From positions 1 through 46,462 of the forward strand of contig DMJJ01000214.1 of NCBI GenBank assembly GCA_003452185.1: DNA of 46,462 nt, written 5' to 3'. Numbering within the stretch: position 1 is the first letter of the stretch; each line of letters opens with the position of its first letter. The stretch comes from Verrucomicrobiales bacterium. GTDB lineage: Bacteria > Verrucomicrobiota > Verrucomicrobiia > Limisphaerales > UBA11320. A model generated the notes under the pieces. That model ran no database searches. It saw only the letters and a list, made by a program, of their open reading frames with translations, and was not told the DNA's origin. The translations under genes and the position numbers were made by a program. Below are positions 45,578-46,462 of this stretch, in pieces.

Positions 45578-46462
45578 ATGGCCGCCATTTCTTTCCTCAC
45601 AGTTCAGGAGATCCAGATCCATCACCTCCCGATCCGGGCCCGTGTCCCGTTGAAATTTGGGTCGGAGACCCTGACCGGGGTCACCTGTGCGCGGGCGCGG
45701 GTGGTGGCCTCGGCCCGGGACGGCGGGCGGCGAATCGAGGGATGGGGGGAGACTCCGCTCAGCGTCCAGTGGGTCTGGCCAAGCCCCTCACCGTACGCGG
45801 AGCGGGAGCAGGCGTTGATGGACTTCACTGCGAAGATTGCGGCCGCGTGGACCGGGTTGCCGACCGAAGGACACCCGCTTGAGTTCGGACATCGGTTCCT
45901 TGAGGAGGTGCTTCCCGGGATGCTCCGCTCGTTCAACACGGCGGACCGGGCCGGGCGCGAGCCGATGCCGTTGCTGGCCGCCCTGCTCTGCGCCTCCGTG
46001 CTCGACCAGGCGCTGCACGACGCGTACGGGCAGGCCGTGGGACGCCCGATCTACGAGACCTACAAACCCCCGTTCCTGACCCAGGACCTGGCCCACTTTC
46101 TGACTCCCGCACCCGGGTCCGCCGTCCGGTTCGAGGGAAGGTTCCCGCAGGATTTCCTGGCCGCCAAGCCCTCCCGGCGGCTCAAGGCATGGCATCTCGT
46201 CGGGGGGGTGGATGCCCTCGAGAGCTGCGACCTGACGGGCTCCGAGCCGGCCGATGGCCACCCGGTGCTCCTCGCCGACTGGATCCGCCGCGACGGCCTG
46301 ACCTGCCTCAAGGTGAAGCTGCGCGGGAACGATGCCGCCTGGGATTACGACCGCCTCTGCCGGGTTGGAAGGATCGCTGTCGCGAACGGGGTCGAATGGC
46401 TCACGGCCGATTTCAACTGCACCGTGCGCGACCCGGAGTACGTGAACACCATCCTCGACCGA
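45578..46462 (+). CDS. enolase-superfamily enzyme (mandelate racemase/muconate lactonizing enzyme-like); 3' end beyond the window
   Basis: The frame is open from the ATG at 45578 to the window end (295 codons, so it is absent from the stop-delimited ORF track). GWGETPLS capping-domain motif. LKVKLRG (KxK). TADFNC (first metal-ligand Asp region). Confidence 0.8.
   Translation, partial: MAAISFLTVQEIQIHHLPIRARVPLKFGSETLTGVTCARARVVASARDGGRRIEGWGETPLSVQWVWPSPSPYAEREQALMDFTAKIAAAWTGLPTEGHPLEFGHRFLEEVLPGMLRSFNTADRAGREPMPLLAALLCASVLDQALHDAYGQAVGRPIYETYKPPFLTQDLAHFLTPAPGSAVRFEGRFPQDFLAAKPSRRLKAWHLVGGVDALESCDLTGSEPADGHPVLLADWIRRDGLTCLKVKLRGNDAAWDYDRLCRVGRIAVANGVEWLTADFNCTVRDPEYVNTILDR

Noticed and set aside
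1-46462. Search for CRISPR arrays, tRNA/rRNA/tmRNA/SRP genes, IS elements, integrases, toxin-antitoxin pairs or known defence-system genes
   Set aside because: There are no spaced direct repeats, no tRNA-like T-arm/acceptor pattern in any spacer (all are under 290 nt), and no transposase, recombinase, nuclease, helicase or reverse-transcriptase motifs in any frame I read. On this evidence the window looks like core or accessory metabolic chromosome rather than a mobile or defence island.

Overview
This is a visibly GC-rich segment, roughly two-thirds G+C by eye. Its gene content points to the PVC superphylum, most likely Verrucomicrobiota or Planctomycetota. The evidence is two PVC-type CxxCH heme-binding modules, DUF1080 and ThuA domains, an H-X9-DG prepilin-like protein and paired secreted M16 peptidases. 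I call 31 protein-coding genes, two of them truncated by the window edges and one a low-confidence small ORF. The window is almost fully coding, arranged in alternating short co-directional blocks, several with 4-nt start/stop overlaps. I found no rRNA, tRNA, CRISPR array, transposase, integrase or phage gene. I also found no recognisable defence-system component (no nuclease, helicase, reverse transcriptase or STAND ATPase). Most long extra ORFs in the six-frame track are antisense or out-of-frame shadows typical of high-GC DNA. I cannot point to one clear novel system. The items most worth a second look are: (1) a full S9 prolyl-oligopeptidase fused in frame to a full PhoD-like phosphatase, coupled to a two-repeat secreted protein carrying a perfect 12-bp tandem duplication; (2) an orphan stand-alone NRPS condensation-domain gene facing a beta-helix plus unknown-protein operon; (3) a PAS-PAS-HATPase-REC hybrid kinase with no room for a His-containing DHp domain; (4) an M16-M16-GntP-M19 operon; (5) a tightly coupled hemW-SDR-GH88-like-OYE-methyltransferase block next to a mutarotase-like and enolase-superfamily pair. 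All family assignments come from motifs read by eye. No database search was run, and several start codons are uncertain.
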